A stretch of 64,000 bases of DNA from the human T2T-CHM13v2.0 reference genome, Homo sapiens (GCF_009914755.1 NC_060928.1); one strand, 5' to 3'; counted from the first letter of the stretch, positions 12,807 through 28,182 are shown. Notes: generated by a model from the letters alone, not told the origin. Translations and numbers: made by a program.

Positions 12807-13126
12807 GCATCCCTCTAGGGTTGTGCGTACTTTTATGGGGAGGTACTGGAATAAGTAGTACACGAAACGGACTGTTTTGCTTCTAGTTTCGTGTACACAG
12901 CCTCGCGCTGCCAGAGATCTAACAGCGGAGATGTTTCATTTTAAAAACTCACCCAGGCACGATCAACACCTCCATTGAAGACTCACCTCGCTCCAGGGCC
13001 AAGGGGAAGGGACTGGAGCAGGACGCGGGCGTGTTGGGATCGGTTTCAGAACGGAGGCCACAGCAAGCCCCTGGCCCACCTCCTACCCTATCCTGCATTC
13101 CACAGCTGCTTGCTGTGAGTATATAA

Positions 13127-13533
<407 letters not shown>

Positions 13534-13612
13534 TAGAAACTAATTTATTCATGATAGAAACTGAGGTATTTCACCCTAAAGATCAGAAATTTCCGGCACT
13601 GAAAACAAACCT

Positions 13613-13879
13613 CAGTTTCACTCTCTCACCCAAGCTGGAGTGAAGTGGCACAATCTCGACTCACTGCAACCTCTGCCTCCCGGGTTCAAGCGATTCTCCT
13701 GCCTCAGACTCCTGAGTATCTGGGACCACAGGCATGCACCACCACGCCTGGCTAATTTTTGTATTTTTAGTAGAGAAGGGGTTTCACTACATTGGCCAGA
13801 CTGGTCTCGAACTCCTGACCTCAAGTGATCCGCCCGCCTCAGCCTCCCAAAGTGCTGGGATTACAGCCACCGCGCCTGG
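13613..13879 (-). mobile_element. AluS, tail-less
   Basis: Both arms recognisable. Confidence 0.9.
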
Positions 13880-14328
13880 AAGGGTTTTATTTTCTTATTT
13901 AGGTTGTCTATTTGACAGTGGGTGGATGGCATTTGTATTCGGGGGCTTGAGGAGGAGAGCAGGGGGAGGAGCCAGCTTGAATAGGTAAAGAGAAACATGC
14001 TGTGGTCAATTGCTTGTGCTGAGTTTCAGATGCTTGTGAAACAAAATGAAAGTCTTCTGGATTTATTATATATTTTTTTCTCTAAAACACTATTCTGAAA
14101 GCCCTTGCAGTGCTAAGCCAAGTTCTCCTTGGGAAATTTCCAGCTAGTTCTTATTTTGTGTTAGGCATTATTCTAGGATCTGTAGTTCAAGGTCTTGTAA
14201 ACTCCTACTCTCCACAGGCTACATTCTGTTGGAAGAACACCTATAAATAGACAAATGCCTAAACAAAACAATGAAAAAAACATCAGGTGGTAATAAATAC
14301 TATGAAGAAAATTTAAAAAGAGTGATGT

Positions 14329-16476
14329 CAGCTGACATCATACTGAATGGGCAAATGCTGGAAGCATTCCATTTGAAAATCAGAATAAGACAAGGATGTC
14401 CTCTCTCACCTCTCCTATTTAACGTAGTATTGGAAGTCCTGGCCAGGGTGATCAGGTAATAGAAAGAAATAAAGGGCATCCAAATAGGAAGAGAAGAAGT
14501 CAAACTATCCCTGTTTGCAGACAACATGATTCTATATTTAGAAAACCCCATAATCTCTGCCCAAAATTCCTTCAACTGATAAACAACTTCAGCAAAGTCT
14601 CAAGAGACAAAATTAATGTGCCAAAATCACTAGCATTCCTATACACCAACAACAGCCAAGCCAAGAGCCAAATCAGGAATGTAATCCCATTCGCAGCTGC
14701 CACAAAAGAATAAAATACCTAGGAATACAGCTAACTAGGTAGGTGAAAGATCTCTATGATAAGAACCACAAAACACTGCTCAAAGAAATCAGAGAGGACA
14801 CAAACAAATGTAAAAACATTCCATGCTCATGGATAGGAAGAATCAATAGCATTAAAATGGTTATACTGCCCAAAGCAATTTCTAGATTCAATGCTATTCC
14901 TATTAAACTATCATGAGATTCTTCACAGAACTAGAAAAAACTATTTTAAAATTCATATGGAACCAAAAAAGAGCCTGAATAGCCAAGGCGATCCCTACGC
15001 AAAAAGAACAAAACTGGAGGCATCATACTAACTGACTTGAAACTATACTACAGGGCTACAGTAACCAAAACAGTGTGGTACTGGTACAAAAACAGACATA
15101 TAGACCAATGGAACAGAATAGAGAGCCCAGTAATAAGGCCACACACCTACAATCATCTGATCATCAATAAAGCAGATAAAAATGAGCAATGGGGAAATAA
15201 CACCCTATTCAATAAGCGGTACTGGGATAACTGGCTAGCCATATACAGAGGATTAAAATTGGACCCTTCCCTTACACCACATATAAAAATCAACTCAAGA
15301 TGATTAAAGACTTAAATGTAAAACCCCAAACTACAAAAGTCCTGGAAGAAAACTAGGCAATACAATTTTGAACATAAGAATGGGCAAAGATTTCATGATG
15401 AAGATGCCAAAAGCAATTGCAACAAAAGCAAAAATTGACAAATGGGATCTAATTAAACTTAAGAGCTTATGTACAGCAAAAGAAACTATCAACAGAATAA
15501 ACAAAACAACAGAGTAAAGAAACAACAGAGCAAATCCTACAGAATGGGAGAAAATATTTGCAAACTATGCATCTGACAAAAGTCTAATATCTAGCATATA
15601 TAAGGAACTTAAATTTACAAGCAAAAAACAAACACTCCATTGAAAAGTGGGCAAAGGACATGAACAGACACTTTTCAAAAGCAGACATACATGCAACCAA
15701 CAAGCATATGAAAAAAAGCTCAGTATCACTTATTAGAGAAATGCAAATCAAACTCACAATGAGATAACATCTCACACCAGTCATAACGGCTATTACTAGT
15801 CAAAAAACAGAAGCTGGAGAAAAATGAACACTTATACACTGTTGGTGGGAGAGTAAATTAGTTCAGCCACTGTGGAAAGCAGTGTGGGGATTCTTCAAGG
15901 AGCTAAAAATAGAATTACCATTTGACCCAGCAATCCCGTTACTGGGCATATACCCAAAGAAATATAAATTGTCCTAACATAAAGGCATATGGACCTATAT
16001 GTTCACTGTTGCACTACTCACAATAGGAAAGACATGAAATCAACCTAAATGCCCATCAGTGATAGAATGGACAAGAAAATATGGTACATATACACCACGG
16101 AATACTACACAGCCATAAAAAAGAACAAGGTCATGTGCTTTGTGGGAACATAGATGGAGCTGGAGGCCATTACCCTTAGCAAACTAATTCAGGAACAGAA
16201 AACTAAATACTGCATGTTCTCACTTATAAGTGAGAGCTAAATGATGAGAACACATGAGCACAAAGAGGCGAACAATAGATACTGTGGCCTACTTGATGGT
16301 GGAGGGTGGGAGGAGGGAGAGGATCAGGAAAAATAGCTGTTGGGTACTAGGCTTAATATGTGGGTGACGGATTTGTGTAACAAACTTCTATGACATGAGT
16401 TTACCTATATAACAAACCTGCACATGTACCTCTGTATGTAAAAGAAAAGCTAAAAATGAAAATAGAAACAAAAAAC
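14329..16476 (+). mobile_element. 5'-truncated L1 (L1PB/older L1PA-like): degraded ORF2 RT/C-terminus plus 3' UTR, inserted into an L2
   Basis: ORF remnants [17 protein letters not shown] and [27 protein letters not shown]-rich tail; TSD-like AGAGTGAT at 14319-14326 and 16477-16484. Confidence 0.92.
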
Positions 16477-16615
16477 AGAGTGATATGATAGAGGGTGACT
16501 TAAGGCTACTTTTCATGGGTGAGATTCAAATCTGAAAGAGATACCTTGTGAAGACTGAGAAAGAGATTTTCAGAGAGAGGAAGAAATAGTGCAATAAACA
16601 TTAGGTGGGAACCTC

Positions 16616-16995
16616 CATTATGGGCTGAAAGTGTTCTCCTCAAAGTGATAGATTGAGATCTTAATCCCCAGTGTGGTGGGATTAGGATATAAGGCTTTCA
16701 GAGTATAATTAGGTCATGAAGGTGAAGCTCTGATGAGTGGGATTAGTGCCCCTACAAGAAGAGACAAGAGAGAACTTGTTTCCTCCCTCTCTCCCCCATC
16801 TATCTGTTTCTCTCTGTCTCTGTCTCTCTCTTTTTCTCTGCCATGTGAGGATACAACAAGAAAGCATCTGTCTCCAAACACTGGATCTACCAGCACTTTG
16901 ATCTTGGACTTCCCAGCCTCCAGAACTGTGAGAAATAAATGTTAAGATTCCAGTCTATGGTATGCTTGTTATAGCAACCCTAGCTGACTAAGATG
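16616..16995 (+). mobile_element. MaLR solo LTR (MLT1A-like)
   Basis: Typical ttggacttcccagcctccagaactgtgagaaataaa and ending gactaaga. Confidence 0.8.
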
Positions 16996-17389
16996 CAGTC
17001 ATAGTGTTCTCACAGACATAACAGCTTGCTCCTGTGGCCGGAGGACAGTGGGAGAGAGGCAGAGTGATGAGAGCTGGAGTCCAAGATCAAGCAGGGTTTT
17101 TAAGCCTCAGTGAAGGGCATGAACTTTATTCTAAGTATATGGGAGACCATGGAAAATTGTACACAAAGGGGAACCAGACTATGATTTACATTTTTAAAAA
17201 ATTACCTTGGCTTTTCTATGACAAGATGATTGTGGGGTGAAAAAAGGAAAATCAGGAAGACAAACTAGAAGCTCGTGCAAGAGTCCAAACAAGAGATGAT
17301 GGTGGCTTGGATTAGGTAGTATTGGAGATGGAGGGAATGGCCAGAATTGCCACCTATTTTGGCACTATTCTTTTTAAAATATCCTAAAA

Positions 17390-17888
17390 GTAAAAATATA
17401 TATATATATAAAATTTACCATTTTAACCATTTTTAAGTGTGCACATCAGAAACTAAGTACATTGTTGTGCAATCATCACTGCCATCCATCTCCATAACAT
17501 TTTCATCTTGCAAAAAAATTCTTTCCCTATTAAACACTAACTGCCCATTTCCCCCTCTCCCCAGACCCTGGCAACCGCTATTCTATGTTCTGTCTCTATG
17601 AATTTGACTACTCTAAGTACTTCATATGAGTAGAATCACAGAATATTTGTCCTATTGTGATTGGCTCATTTCATTTAACATGATGTTTTCAAGGTTCATC
17701 CATGTTGTAGCGCGTGTCAGAATTTCCTTCCATATTAAAGCTGAATAATATTCCATTCTCTACGTATGCCACATTTTGTTTATCCAGTCATCTGTCAATG
17801 GACACGTGTGGCTTTCACATTTCAACTAGTGTACATAATGCTGCAATGAACATGGATGTACAAATATCCCTTTGAGACCCTGCTTTCA

Positions 17889-17932
<44 letters not shown>

Positions 17933-18560
17933 CCCAGAAATGCAATTGCTTGATCATACGATAATTCTGTTTAATTTTTTGAGGAACTACCATATGATTT
18001 TTCGCAGCAGCTGCAGCATTTAGCATTCCCATCAGCAGTGCACAAGGATTCCATTTCTCCACATCCTCCCAACGCTTCTTATTTTATATTTTTTTAATGG
18101 TAGGAGAAAACATATGACATAAAATTTACCATCTTAACAATTTTTGAGTGTACATCTCAGTGGGGTTGAACCTATTCAAATTGTTGTGGAACAGATCTCT
18201 AGAACTTTTTTATTTTGCAAAACTGAAACTCTATACTCATTGAACAACAACTCCTTATTTCGCTCTCACCCCAGCCCCTGGCAACCACCAAGCTTATACT
18301 TTCTGTTTGCATAAGTTTGACTACTTTAGATATTTCATATGCATGAAATCATACAGTATTTATATTTTTATGACTGGTTTATTTCAGTTACCATAATGCC
18401 CTCAAGGTTCATTCATATTGTAGCATTAATATGGCCGGATTTCTTTCTTTTTGAAGACTGAATAATATTCTATTGTATGTACATATCACATTTTCTTTAT
18501 TCACTTTATTCACTCATTCATCCATTTGGGTTGAATTAATGCCCCTTCTACTTCTTGGCT
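17390..18560 (-). mobile_element. Old L1M 3'-end fragments with (TG)n at ~17891-17928
   Basis: Antisense L1M 3' UTR motifs (aaggttcatccatgttgtagc, aataatattccatt). Confidence 0.8.
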
Positions 18561-19259
18561 ATTCTTATTTTTTTTATTGCATTATCTCATTTATATGTAG
18601 AATCGTAAAAAAAAATTGAATATACAGAGATAGAGAGTAAAACGGTTGCTACCAGGGGTGGGGGTGGAGAGGAGAAGAAAGTTTATGAACTGGGTTAAGA
18701 CTTCTAACTACACTATTTATCAAAGTAAATTAATATGAAATATTAGAATGGAAACTTACAGCAAAATGAAAGAAGGAGCAAGGTTGCAATATTACCATTT
18801 AGGATATTTTGTTGAACTAAAATAAATTTTGAAAGATTCCTAAAAACGAAAAATGGGTTCTATTTTAGAACCCAGTGATGTTGTTCAAAATGCCATAATA
18901 TATGTATAAGCGCTTTGAAAAAGTCTTTTGCAATGATATATTGCTTTTAGCCTAATTAATATTTGTTATAGTTTTAAAGCAAAGACCTATTTCAGAATTC
19001 AAGTGATAGAAACATTAAAGAAGTTTTACATTCTATAATCTTACATCCATTTATGAAGGAAAATAAGTTGCTGAATACATTATAATTATGTAATAATGGC
19101 ACCACTTAATAGCTATGCAACCTTGGACAAATTGCGTAAATATTCTAAGCCTTAATTTTCTCATTTATAAAATGGAGGTACCTCGTATGGTAGCCAGCCT
19201 CCAAAATGGCCCCCAGTGGTCCCTGCCTGCTAGTATTCAGGTTCTGATCTAGTTCCCTC

Positions 19260-20570
19260 CTATGGCTGTTCTGAATAATGCTACAATAAAAATGTGTGTG
19301 AAAATATCTCTTAGAGATCCTGCTTAATGTTCTTTTGGATATGTACTCAGAAATGGAATTGCTAGATCATATAATTTTATTTTTAATTTTTTGAGAAACC
19401 TCCATACTGTTTTTATAATGGCTGTATCATTTTACATTCGCATTTGCAGTGCAAAAGGATTTTAATTTCTCTACTTCCTCACCAAAATACTTGTTATTTT
19501 CTGTTTTTGTGATAGCAGTCATTCTAATCATTATGAAGAGCATCTCATTGTGGTTTTAATTTGCATTTCCCTAATGACTGGTGATGGTGAGCATCTTTTC
19601 ATGTACTTTTTGGCTATTTGTATATCTTCTTTGGAGAAACGTCTATTCAAGTCCTTTGCTCATTTTTTTCTTTTCTTTTTTATTTTTTATTATACTTTAA
19701 GTTCTAGGGTACGTGTGCACAATGTGCAGGTTAGTTACATATGTATACATGGGCCATGTTGGTGTGCTGCACCCATTAACTCGTCATTCACATTAGGTAT
19801 AACTCCTAATGCTATCCCTCCCCCCTCCCCCCACCCCACAACAGGCCCCAGTGTATGATGTTCCCCTTCCTGTGTCCAAGTGTTCTCATTGTTCAATTCC
19901 CACCTATGAGTGAGAACATGCAGCATTTGGTTTTGTGTCCTTGCAATAGTTTGCTGAGAATGATGGTTTCCAGCTTCATCCATGTCCCTACCAAGGACAT
20001 GAACTCATCCTTTTTTATGGCTGCATAGTATTCCATGGTGTATATGTGCCACATTTTCTTAATCCAGTCTATCATTGATGGACATTTGGGTTGGTTCCAA
20101 GTCTTTGCTATTGGGAATAGTGCCACAATAAACATATGTGTGCATGTGTCTTTATAGCAGCATGATTTATAATCCTTTGGGTATATACCCAGTAATGGGA
20201 TGGCTGGGTCAAATGGTATTTCTAGTTCTAGATCCCTGAGGAATTGCCACACTGTCTTCCACAATGGTTGAACTAGTTTACAGTCCCACCAACAGTGTAA
20301 AAGTGTTCCTATTTCTCCACATCCTCTCCAGCACCTGTTGTTTCCGGACTTTTTAATGATCGCCATTCTAACTGGTGTGAGATGGTATCTCATTGTGGTT
20401 TTGATTTGCATTTCTCTGATGGCCAGTGATGATGCCTTTGCTCATTTTTGAATTTAGTTGTTTATTATTTTGTTGTTGAGATTCAGGAATTCTTTATATA
20501 TTCTGGATGTTGATCATTTATTAGATACATAGTTTGCAAATCTTTTCTCCCATTCTGTGAGTTGTCAGTA
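19260..20570 (-). mobile_element. Old L1M fragment hosting a younger L1PA
   Basis: Antisense ORF2 3' sequence that resumes after the L1PA insertion. Confidence 0.75.
19668..20434 (-). mobile_element. 5'-truncated L1PA (about PA3-PA5) with 15-bp TSD
   Basis: Intact ORF2 C-terminus (ORF 19893..20411, ...[13 protein letters not shown]...SLIGGN). 3' UTR ends CCCTAGAACTTAAAG. TSD CCTTTGCTCATTTTT at 19653-19667 and 20435-20449. Confidence 0.95.
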
Positions 20571-20579
20571 TTCTTGAAG

Positions 20580-21500
20580 GACTAGATAGATTAGATGGAG
20601 ATGAGGGAAAGAGTCCTTCACTCTGGGAGATCCAAGGTATCTCCTGGATTTGGACTTAGGAGATTGGGTGAGTAGTGGTACTATTGATCTAGGTAGGAAA
20701 GACCTGAGAAGACTTGGTGGGAGCGAGGGTGGGAGGCAGGTGTTCAGTTTGGGATGTATTATGTCTGAGAAGCTTATTAGACATCCATTTGGAGGTGTAA
20801 AATAATCAGCAGTGAAAATGACATTTCAAGAAAAGTTTAATGCTAGAAATATAAATCTGGGAGCACTAAGATGATAGGTGATATTGATAGAACTGGATGT
20901 GGTCACCTAGGAAAATGATTGTAGCCTGGCCAGAGAGAACTACAGGTGCAGGAACCAGGGTCTTTCAACATTTACAGATTTGTTAGTAGAGGGACATTCA
21001 CCCAAAGGAACTGGGAAGGAATCATTAGTTTTGTAGGAAGAACCAGGGGAGGTTGGAACTTGAGGAAGCTGAGACCGGAAACTGTTGCCATAAGGAGAGA
21101 ATGATCAGTGGTAAAATGTGCTGCTGTCAAGCAATGTGATAGAGAAATGGCCCTTGGGTTTGGTAAAATGGACGTTATTGGTCACCTTGATAGAAACCAT
21201 CTTGCAGAGTGAAGGGAGCATATCAGATTGGAATGCATTGAGGAGAACATAGTACAGGTAGAAGCAGAGTTAGTGAATACAGGTAACTCTTTAAAGAATT
21301 TGGCATGAAGAGGAGCAAAGCAGTGAGATGGAAGATGGAGGGGATCCTGCTTCTAGAGATTTATTTTTAGATAGAAGATACTATAATATACTGTTATACA
21401 TGCTAGTAAGTAAGCCAATAGAGAGTGACAATTGATGATCCAGGACAGAAGAGAAAATTGCAGTAGCAAAATCCTTGAGAAGGTGAGACAGATGGATCTT
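20580..21500 (-). mobile_element. L2 fragment (other pieces at ~14150-14328, ~16485-16610, ~17030-17360)
   Basis: Purine-rich degenerate L2 motifs (ttcagtttggg...ttattagacatcca, ttattggtcaccttga). Confidence 0.6.
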
Positions 21501-21727
21501 TTTAAATGACTTACTTTTAAAAACTGCCAGATGAATTGATATACCTTCAAGTTTACTGATTCTTTTTTCTGCCATCTCTAATTTGCTGTTAAGTCTGATA
21601 AGAACTTATTTCCTAAGGAACCTTTATATAAATAACGTATGAGTAATATAGATATATTTATAAATAATAAGTAAATAGAGTACAATTAATCTCTTGCCAT
21701 ATGTAATTTAATCTTATAAATAAAGCA

Positions 21728-22024
<297 letters not shown>

Positions 22025-22045
22025 TGCAGACCAAACAATGTTTGG

Positions 22046-22337
22046 GGCTGGGTGTGGTGACTCACGCTTGTAATCCCTGCACATTGGGAGGATTGCCTGC
22101 AGTCAGGAATCCGAGACCAGCCTGGGTAACATAGCGAGACCCTATCTCAAAGAAAAAAAAAAAAAATTAGCCGGGCATGGTGGCACGTGCCTTTAGTCCC
22201 AGCTATTTGGGAGACTAAGGTTAGAGGATCCCTTGAGCCCAGGAGTTCGAGGCTGCAGTGAGCCAAGATCAAGCAATGGCACTCCAGTCTAGGTGACAGA
22301 GTAAGATCCGATCTCAAAACTAACTAAATAAATAAAA
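22046..22337 (+). mobile_element. AluJ
   Basis: Dimeric Alu with imperfect TSD AAACA(A/G)TGTTT. Confidence 0.88.
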
Positions 22338-23817
22338 CAGTGTTTACAATCTCTAGCTAGCTACAGTGTGATGCTGAAGGCTCTGGACATGAAGTTGGCT
22401 ATTTGTTATAAGGACACATTGACAAGGGCTACAGAGATGTCACCGAATGCTAGCACCAACCTGGACCTTCCTTTGACATGATTAGCCAGATTAAAAGAGA
22501 ATTGACACAACAGAAATGCATACATAAGTTCACCAAAAGACATATGCCAGAATGTTCATAGCCTCATTTTTTGATAACAGCTCCAAATCTGGAAATTATG
22601 CAAATGCTCAACAGTGGAATGGATAAATCAAGTGTGGTATACTCACAGAATAGGATATTATATAGCAATGAGAACAACCAGTCTAAATCTACATGCAACC
22701 ATATGATGGAAGTTCATAAATGCAATGTTTTAGATGACTCAACTGTCACGTCCCTAGGGCCTAGAATGGGCCTGGCACATGGTAGGCTCTTAGCAAATAT
22801 TTGTTAAATGAATGGTCTTATTTTACCCTCAATACAACCCCATGAGATTGGCAGGGCAGGTATCAGAATTTCTGAGAGGTAGAGAGGTCAAGTGATTTGC
22901 TCCCTTTCACCCTGATCATGGTCACTACATTAGGATCCCTGCTAAAACAGCTAGCTCTGTGAAATGTGTGTTAACTCGCCATCATTCTAAGTAACATTGC
23001 TGTTCCCTCAGCCTTTTAGCACGAATAGCGTATTTTAGTTTCTTTTGTTGTTGTTAAATCATATTCTGGGGCCTAACTTGGAGATGTTTATTTCCATTAT
23101 GGGATATTTTGGACTGGGATTTGAAAGAGAAAGGGCCAGAGGGCTGTGCTTTCAAAAAAAAAAAGGCTTAAGGTAAGGGGAGAGAGCTCACTGGAGAGAT
23201 TTATGTCAAGGAATTTGCAGCAAACTCTGTCATTCCATCTGAGTAAGTGTGGCTAGAAACAGGAAGGGAAAAACAGGATATTGTGGTAACGCACGGGCTT
23301 AATGGAATGTCAGATGAACAGATGGGTTGGAGCTGTCCTGGCAACTGTCAAAGGAGGAAGTCTGAGGAGCCTTCAGAGGAATCCTTACACAAATGCAGGT
23401 GAAGTGGGGATGGGGATGTGTGTTTCCTGTAAAGTCAAAAAGAGTTGTGAGTGAAGCATCAAAAGGACAAGCAAAGGCACCTCTGTCCAAGTCATCTCTT
23501 TAAAGTCAGTCTGCATTTGGGTCCGAAGGAAGTAGGGGCCCAGTAGGTTCCCATCGATTTACTTTTAGGAATTAGAAATGATCAGTTATATCCTCTGACA
23601 CTCCGTCAGTGTTTACTGGAAAATAATTTTTTGAAGAGCCGGAGAACCCAAAATGACAAGGATGAAATTAACATCAATGTTCAAAGAAGGAAAGGGAAGC
23701 TCTTCTTGTACTTATTTTTGGCTGAAAAAAAAAAGTTTAACTATTTTAAGTAAGACTCATTGAAGACTGACAAGTTGGTGTCTTCAAATAAGAACGACTA
23801 ATTTTGGAAAGGATAAC

Positions 23818-24191
23818 TTTATTAACCTGTTTCACACTGCTATAAAGATACTACCAGAGACTGCGTAATTGACAAAGGAAAGAGGTTTAGTTGACTCACA
23901 GTTCTGCATGGCTGGGGAGGCCTCAGGAATCTTACAGTCATGGCAGAAGGGGAAGCAGGCACGTCTTATGTGGCAGCAGGTGCGAGAAAGCATGTGTAGG
24001 AGGAACAGTCACACACTTATAAAACCATCAGATCTCATGAGAACTCACTCACTATTATGAGAACAGCATAGGGGGAAACCACCTCCATGATCCAATCACC
24101 TCCCACCAGGTTCTTCCCTTGACAGGTGGGGATTGTGGGGATTACAATTTCAGATGAGATTTGGGTGGGGACACAGAGCCAAACCATATCA
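23818..24191 (-). mobile_element. MaLR solo LTR (MSTA/THE1-like)
   Basis: Ends ...ggggacacagagccaaaccatatca, the reverse complement of the TGATATGGTTTGG start. Confidence 0.88.
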
Positions 24192-24447
24192 ATGACATTT
24201 TTTAAAACAGCATTGAACAAATTCTACTAGTGGTCATAAGGAATGCATTACTTAAAAGCTAATTGAGAAGCTGATCCTTCAGATGTAAACTGAGCAAATG
24301 AGGACACAAATGATTTCTGGAGAATTTGGAAAATGTATTTGGAGTTTCCACTTTACATAGCATGGCGATATTAGGTACTTATAATGACCCTACTGCAGCG
24401 AAACACCCATATGCTGGATTAATTACATACTTGAATTGCACACTTAA

Positions 24448-24861
<414 letters not shown>

Positions 24862-24883
24862 TGAGAAGAGTCAGAAGTGTGGC

Positions 24884-25866
24884 TGTGCTGATTGTTAAGC
24901 TATTGTCTCTTAACTCCAAACTCACTCTTCTGTATTCTGCTTTACAGTGCTAGGATTGGGATTCTGCAAGCCAGATTTCTCCCTAGCCAGCAGGACCACT
25001 GTTAAGTTCAGTCAATAGGGGATGCTGAAGAAGTCCAGAAGGCTGAGGTTGAAAAGACGTCTTATTTCTTGTTTGGTCACTCTTTTGTTAGCATCACTCC
25101 AGCAATAGTTCTTCATCTCAGTAATGGCAGATGATGGCAGTTGCACTTTGTTCCAGTTTCCAATTTTCCACCCACTCTCCTAGGACAAGCCACGTTGTCC
25201 TCTCTCAAAGATAACCAGCACTATCTGGGTAGCACCTCTCCTTAGGTTCTAAATCCCAGCCCTGGAGCTTCTCCTTCAAACTTCTAATAACCTCAATTTT
25301 TTTCTTTCTGTTCTCCAAGCCCGGAGATAGTCCTGGTTGCTTTCAGAAATAACTCTGTATTATATCAGTGTTACCGTTTCCCCTCTTAGTTCTCTAATAG
25401 CTATTTAACTAGTTCCCATTAAATTATTGTCTTAATCCATTTTGTGCTGCTATAATAGAATACCACAGACTGGGTACTTTGTAAAGAACAGAGATTTACT
25501 TATCGTTCTGGAGGCTGGGAAGTTCAAGATCAAAGGGTTGGCATCTTTCAAGGGCCTCTTTGCTGAGTCATCTCTTGATGGAAAGTGGGAGGCAGAAAGG
25601 AAAGAGAGCATGAGCTAGCAAGAGGGGGGCTGAACTCGCTTTTATAACAAACCCACTCTCACAATAACGAACCTACTCCCATGTTAATGACATTAATCCA
25701 TTGCCCTCATGACCTAATCACCTCTTAAATGTCCCACCTCTCAACACTGTTGCACTGGGGATGAAGTTCCCAACCTATGAACTTTGGAGGACACATTAAA
25801 ATAAACAGCAGTTATTTATTCAAATAGCTGGTGCAGTTTCTAATAACTGACTGGACCATAACTGAA
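24884..25866 (+). mobile_element. ERVL LTR (LTR33-like) interrupted by an MST-type LTR
   Basis: 5' tgtgctgattgttaagctattgtctcttaactccaaa resembles the LTR33 start as recalled; the 3' end resumes after ~25810. Confidence 0.55.
25426..25810 (-). mobile_element. MaLR solo LTR (MSTB/C/D-like)
   Basis: tgtcttaatccattttgtgctgctataa...ttctggaggctgggaagttcaagatcaa... Confidence 0.8.
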
Positions 25867-26869
25867 ACAAGGTCCAAAATTTATTTCCTATAATATGGTA
25901 ACATGAATATAGTTAGAATCAGGCCTTGCATCCAATACCAGGGGTACACCCCTCTGAAAGAAAGGTGACCTTTAGTTACGAATCCTTGTAAACTTGCTAA
26001 TAATGATAGACCTCCAGGAAAACAGCTAGTCGTGTTTACTAGTAGGAGAGTTGGCACTTATGAAATGCTTTTAGCAAGATATACCTGTCTGTTCAGAATT
26101 GCTTATGGTAACAAAAAACCAAATAAAATCCCTTAGAATCTATTTATATGTGGGACATGGCTCCCTGGAAAGTATCACACAAGTTATATAACCATCTGAA
26201 TAGAGAAGTTCTGTGACTGAAATGGCTTTCTTCTAAGTAATGGAGCTCCAGATTTTTTTTTGAGACCTCAGGTTTTAATCTAGGCACATGTGTATCCTGA
26301 TGAGAAAGGGCCTGGCAATAAGTTGGCTAGCTTGGACCTGTGTGCTTCACTTGTGCCTAGCAACTACTTATATCCTTGAACTTATTTGTAAAGCTTGATG
26401 CTGGGTAAGATCTCTGATTCAAGAGTCTGATTTAACAGTTAATCCTTTATGCTATTGCATAGACCTTTGCTCAGAATGCTACAGGTGCTTCAGTAAAATA
26501 CAGGAGTACACAAGCAAGAGGAAGACATAGGATACAGGTATTAAGAGATCCAATGGGAAGAGAAGTGAAGGGTAACCCTAGGACAATGATTAGAGGAGCC
26601 TCCAGGATGAGATGGCAGCCAGTCCAGACTGCATGAGGAGGACTCAAGAAACAGGTGGACAGTTGTCTTCAGCAAGATGCCTTCTGGCCTTGGACCATCT
26701 TTTAGTATCTAGGGGTACCTGGGAGAGTTTGACATAGATTCTTTTATATACTTGGCTTGCTGCCAAAGCTCTTCCTTTCCTCTCTGTCTACTAAATGTGA
26801 GGCAAAACATTAAAACTTTTAGAATATCTATTTGATCTTAAGTCTTTAGGACTCAAAAAAAGCTGGCCA

Positions 26870-26952
26870 CAAGACTAAATTTATATCAATTACATTAAAA
26901 TTAAAAATCATTCATCAAAAAGTACCATAAAGAAAGTGAAAACATAAGCCGT

Positions 26953-26995
<43 letters not shown>

Positions 26996-28030
26996 GGGGA
27001 GGGATATGTTTGCAACACATATACATGAAGGATTAATATCCTGAATATATAAAGATATATAAAGAACTCCTAAAAGTTGATAAGGAAAACACAAATAACC
27101 AAATGGAAAAATAGACAAAAACCATGAACCGGCATTTCACAGAAGAAGAAATAAGGATGGAAAATAAGCACATGAAAGCATGCTCAACCTTCTTGTAACC
27201 AATGCAAATAAAGGCCACAATGAGATATATTATCCCTACTAGATAGGCAAAAATCAAGAAGTCCTGTACTGCTCAATATTCGAAAGCGAAGTAATTTTTA
27301 AACACTACTGGTATGAGTACAATATGGTACAAGCATCTGGGAAAAATTTTGGCATTATTTTCCAAAACGGAAAATATGCTTATCCTAGGAATTAGCAGTT
27401 GTACCATGGAGCAGAAAGCTGTATATATCTTAGTGCAAAGAATGGATGCAGGTGTAAAGATATTTTAATTCCCTAGCTTCAAAGTAGCTGAGTGGCCTGC
27501 TTTTCTGGTTAACAGGCTGATAGTCTCTTTAGGCAGCAACCAGCCTGGTCCTTCCACTTATATCCTGTGCCTACAAATACCACTTTCTATATGTACCACA
27601 AAATTTGTAAGTTTAGGAAACTGTACCATAGAGAAGCTTCATAAAAATGTTTAAAACAAAGCAAATTAATCTGTGAATAATCCAAGGACCAGTAAGAGGT
27701 GAATGGCTTAGTATACTGAGATAATATATATATATATATATATTTTTTCCTTCAATGGAATACTATACAGCAGTGAAAATGAATCCAACTGGAGCTATAC
27801 ATATTAACATAGATGTATTTTAAAACATAATGTAGAAGACAAAAGCAAGTCTCAAATGATCCAAAAAATGATTCTATTTGGAAAGCAAAAAAATTTAAAA
27901 CTGAATATATTGTTAGGGATATATACGTATGTAGTAAAACTGATAAACAGCTATAAAATAATAAACCTTTATTTAGAATGGTAGTAATCTTGAGGGGGAA
28001 AAAGAGTGGTACAATTGGGATAAGGGATGG
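26870..28030 (+). mobile_element. Degenerate L1M(E) 3' fragments with (GT)n at ~26950-26992
   Basis: Diverged ORF2-end and 3' UTR motifs. Confidence 0.55.
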
Positions 28031-28039
28031 ACATACATA

Positions 28040-28182
28040 TTTTATTTTATTTTTATTTTTTTCAGTAGAGACGGGGTTTCACCATGTTAGCCAGGATGGT
28101 CTCAATCTCCTGACCTCGTGATCTGCCCGCCTCGGCCTCCCAAAGTGCTGGGATTACAGGCATAAGCCACTGCACCCGGCCC
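28040..28182 (-). mobile_element. Left-arm-only Alu with AluY/Sc-type diagnostics and TSD
   Basis: TSD GGGATGGACATA at 28024-28035 and 28184-28195. Confidence 0.85.

Noticed and set aside
19893-20411. 172-aa ORF as a domesticated gene
   Set aside because: It is the ORF2 C-terminus of a young truncated L1PA with no promoter; intactness reflects age.
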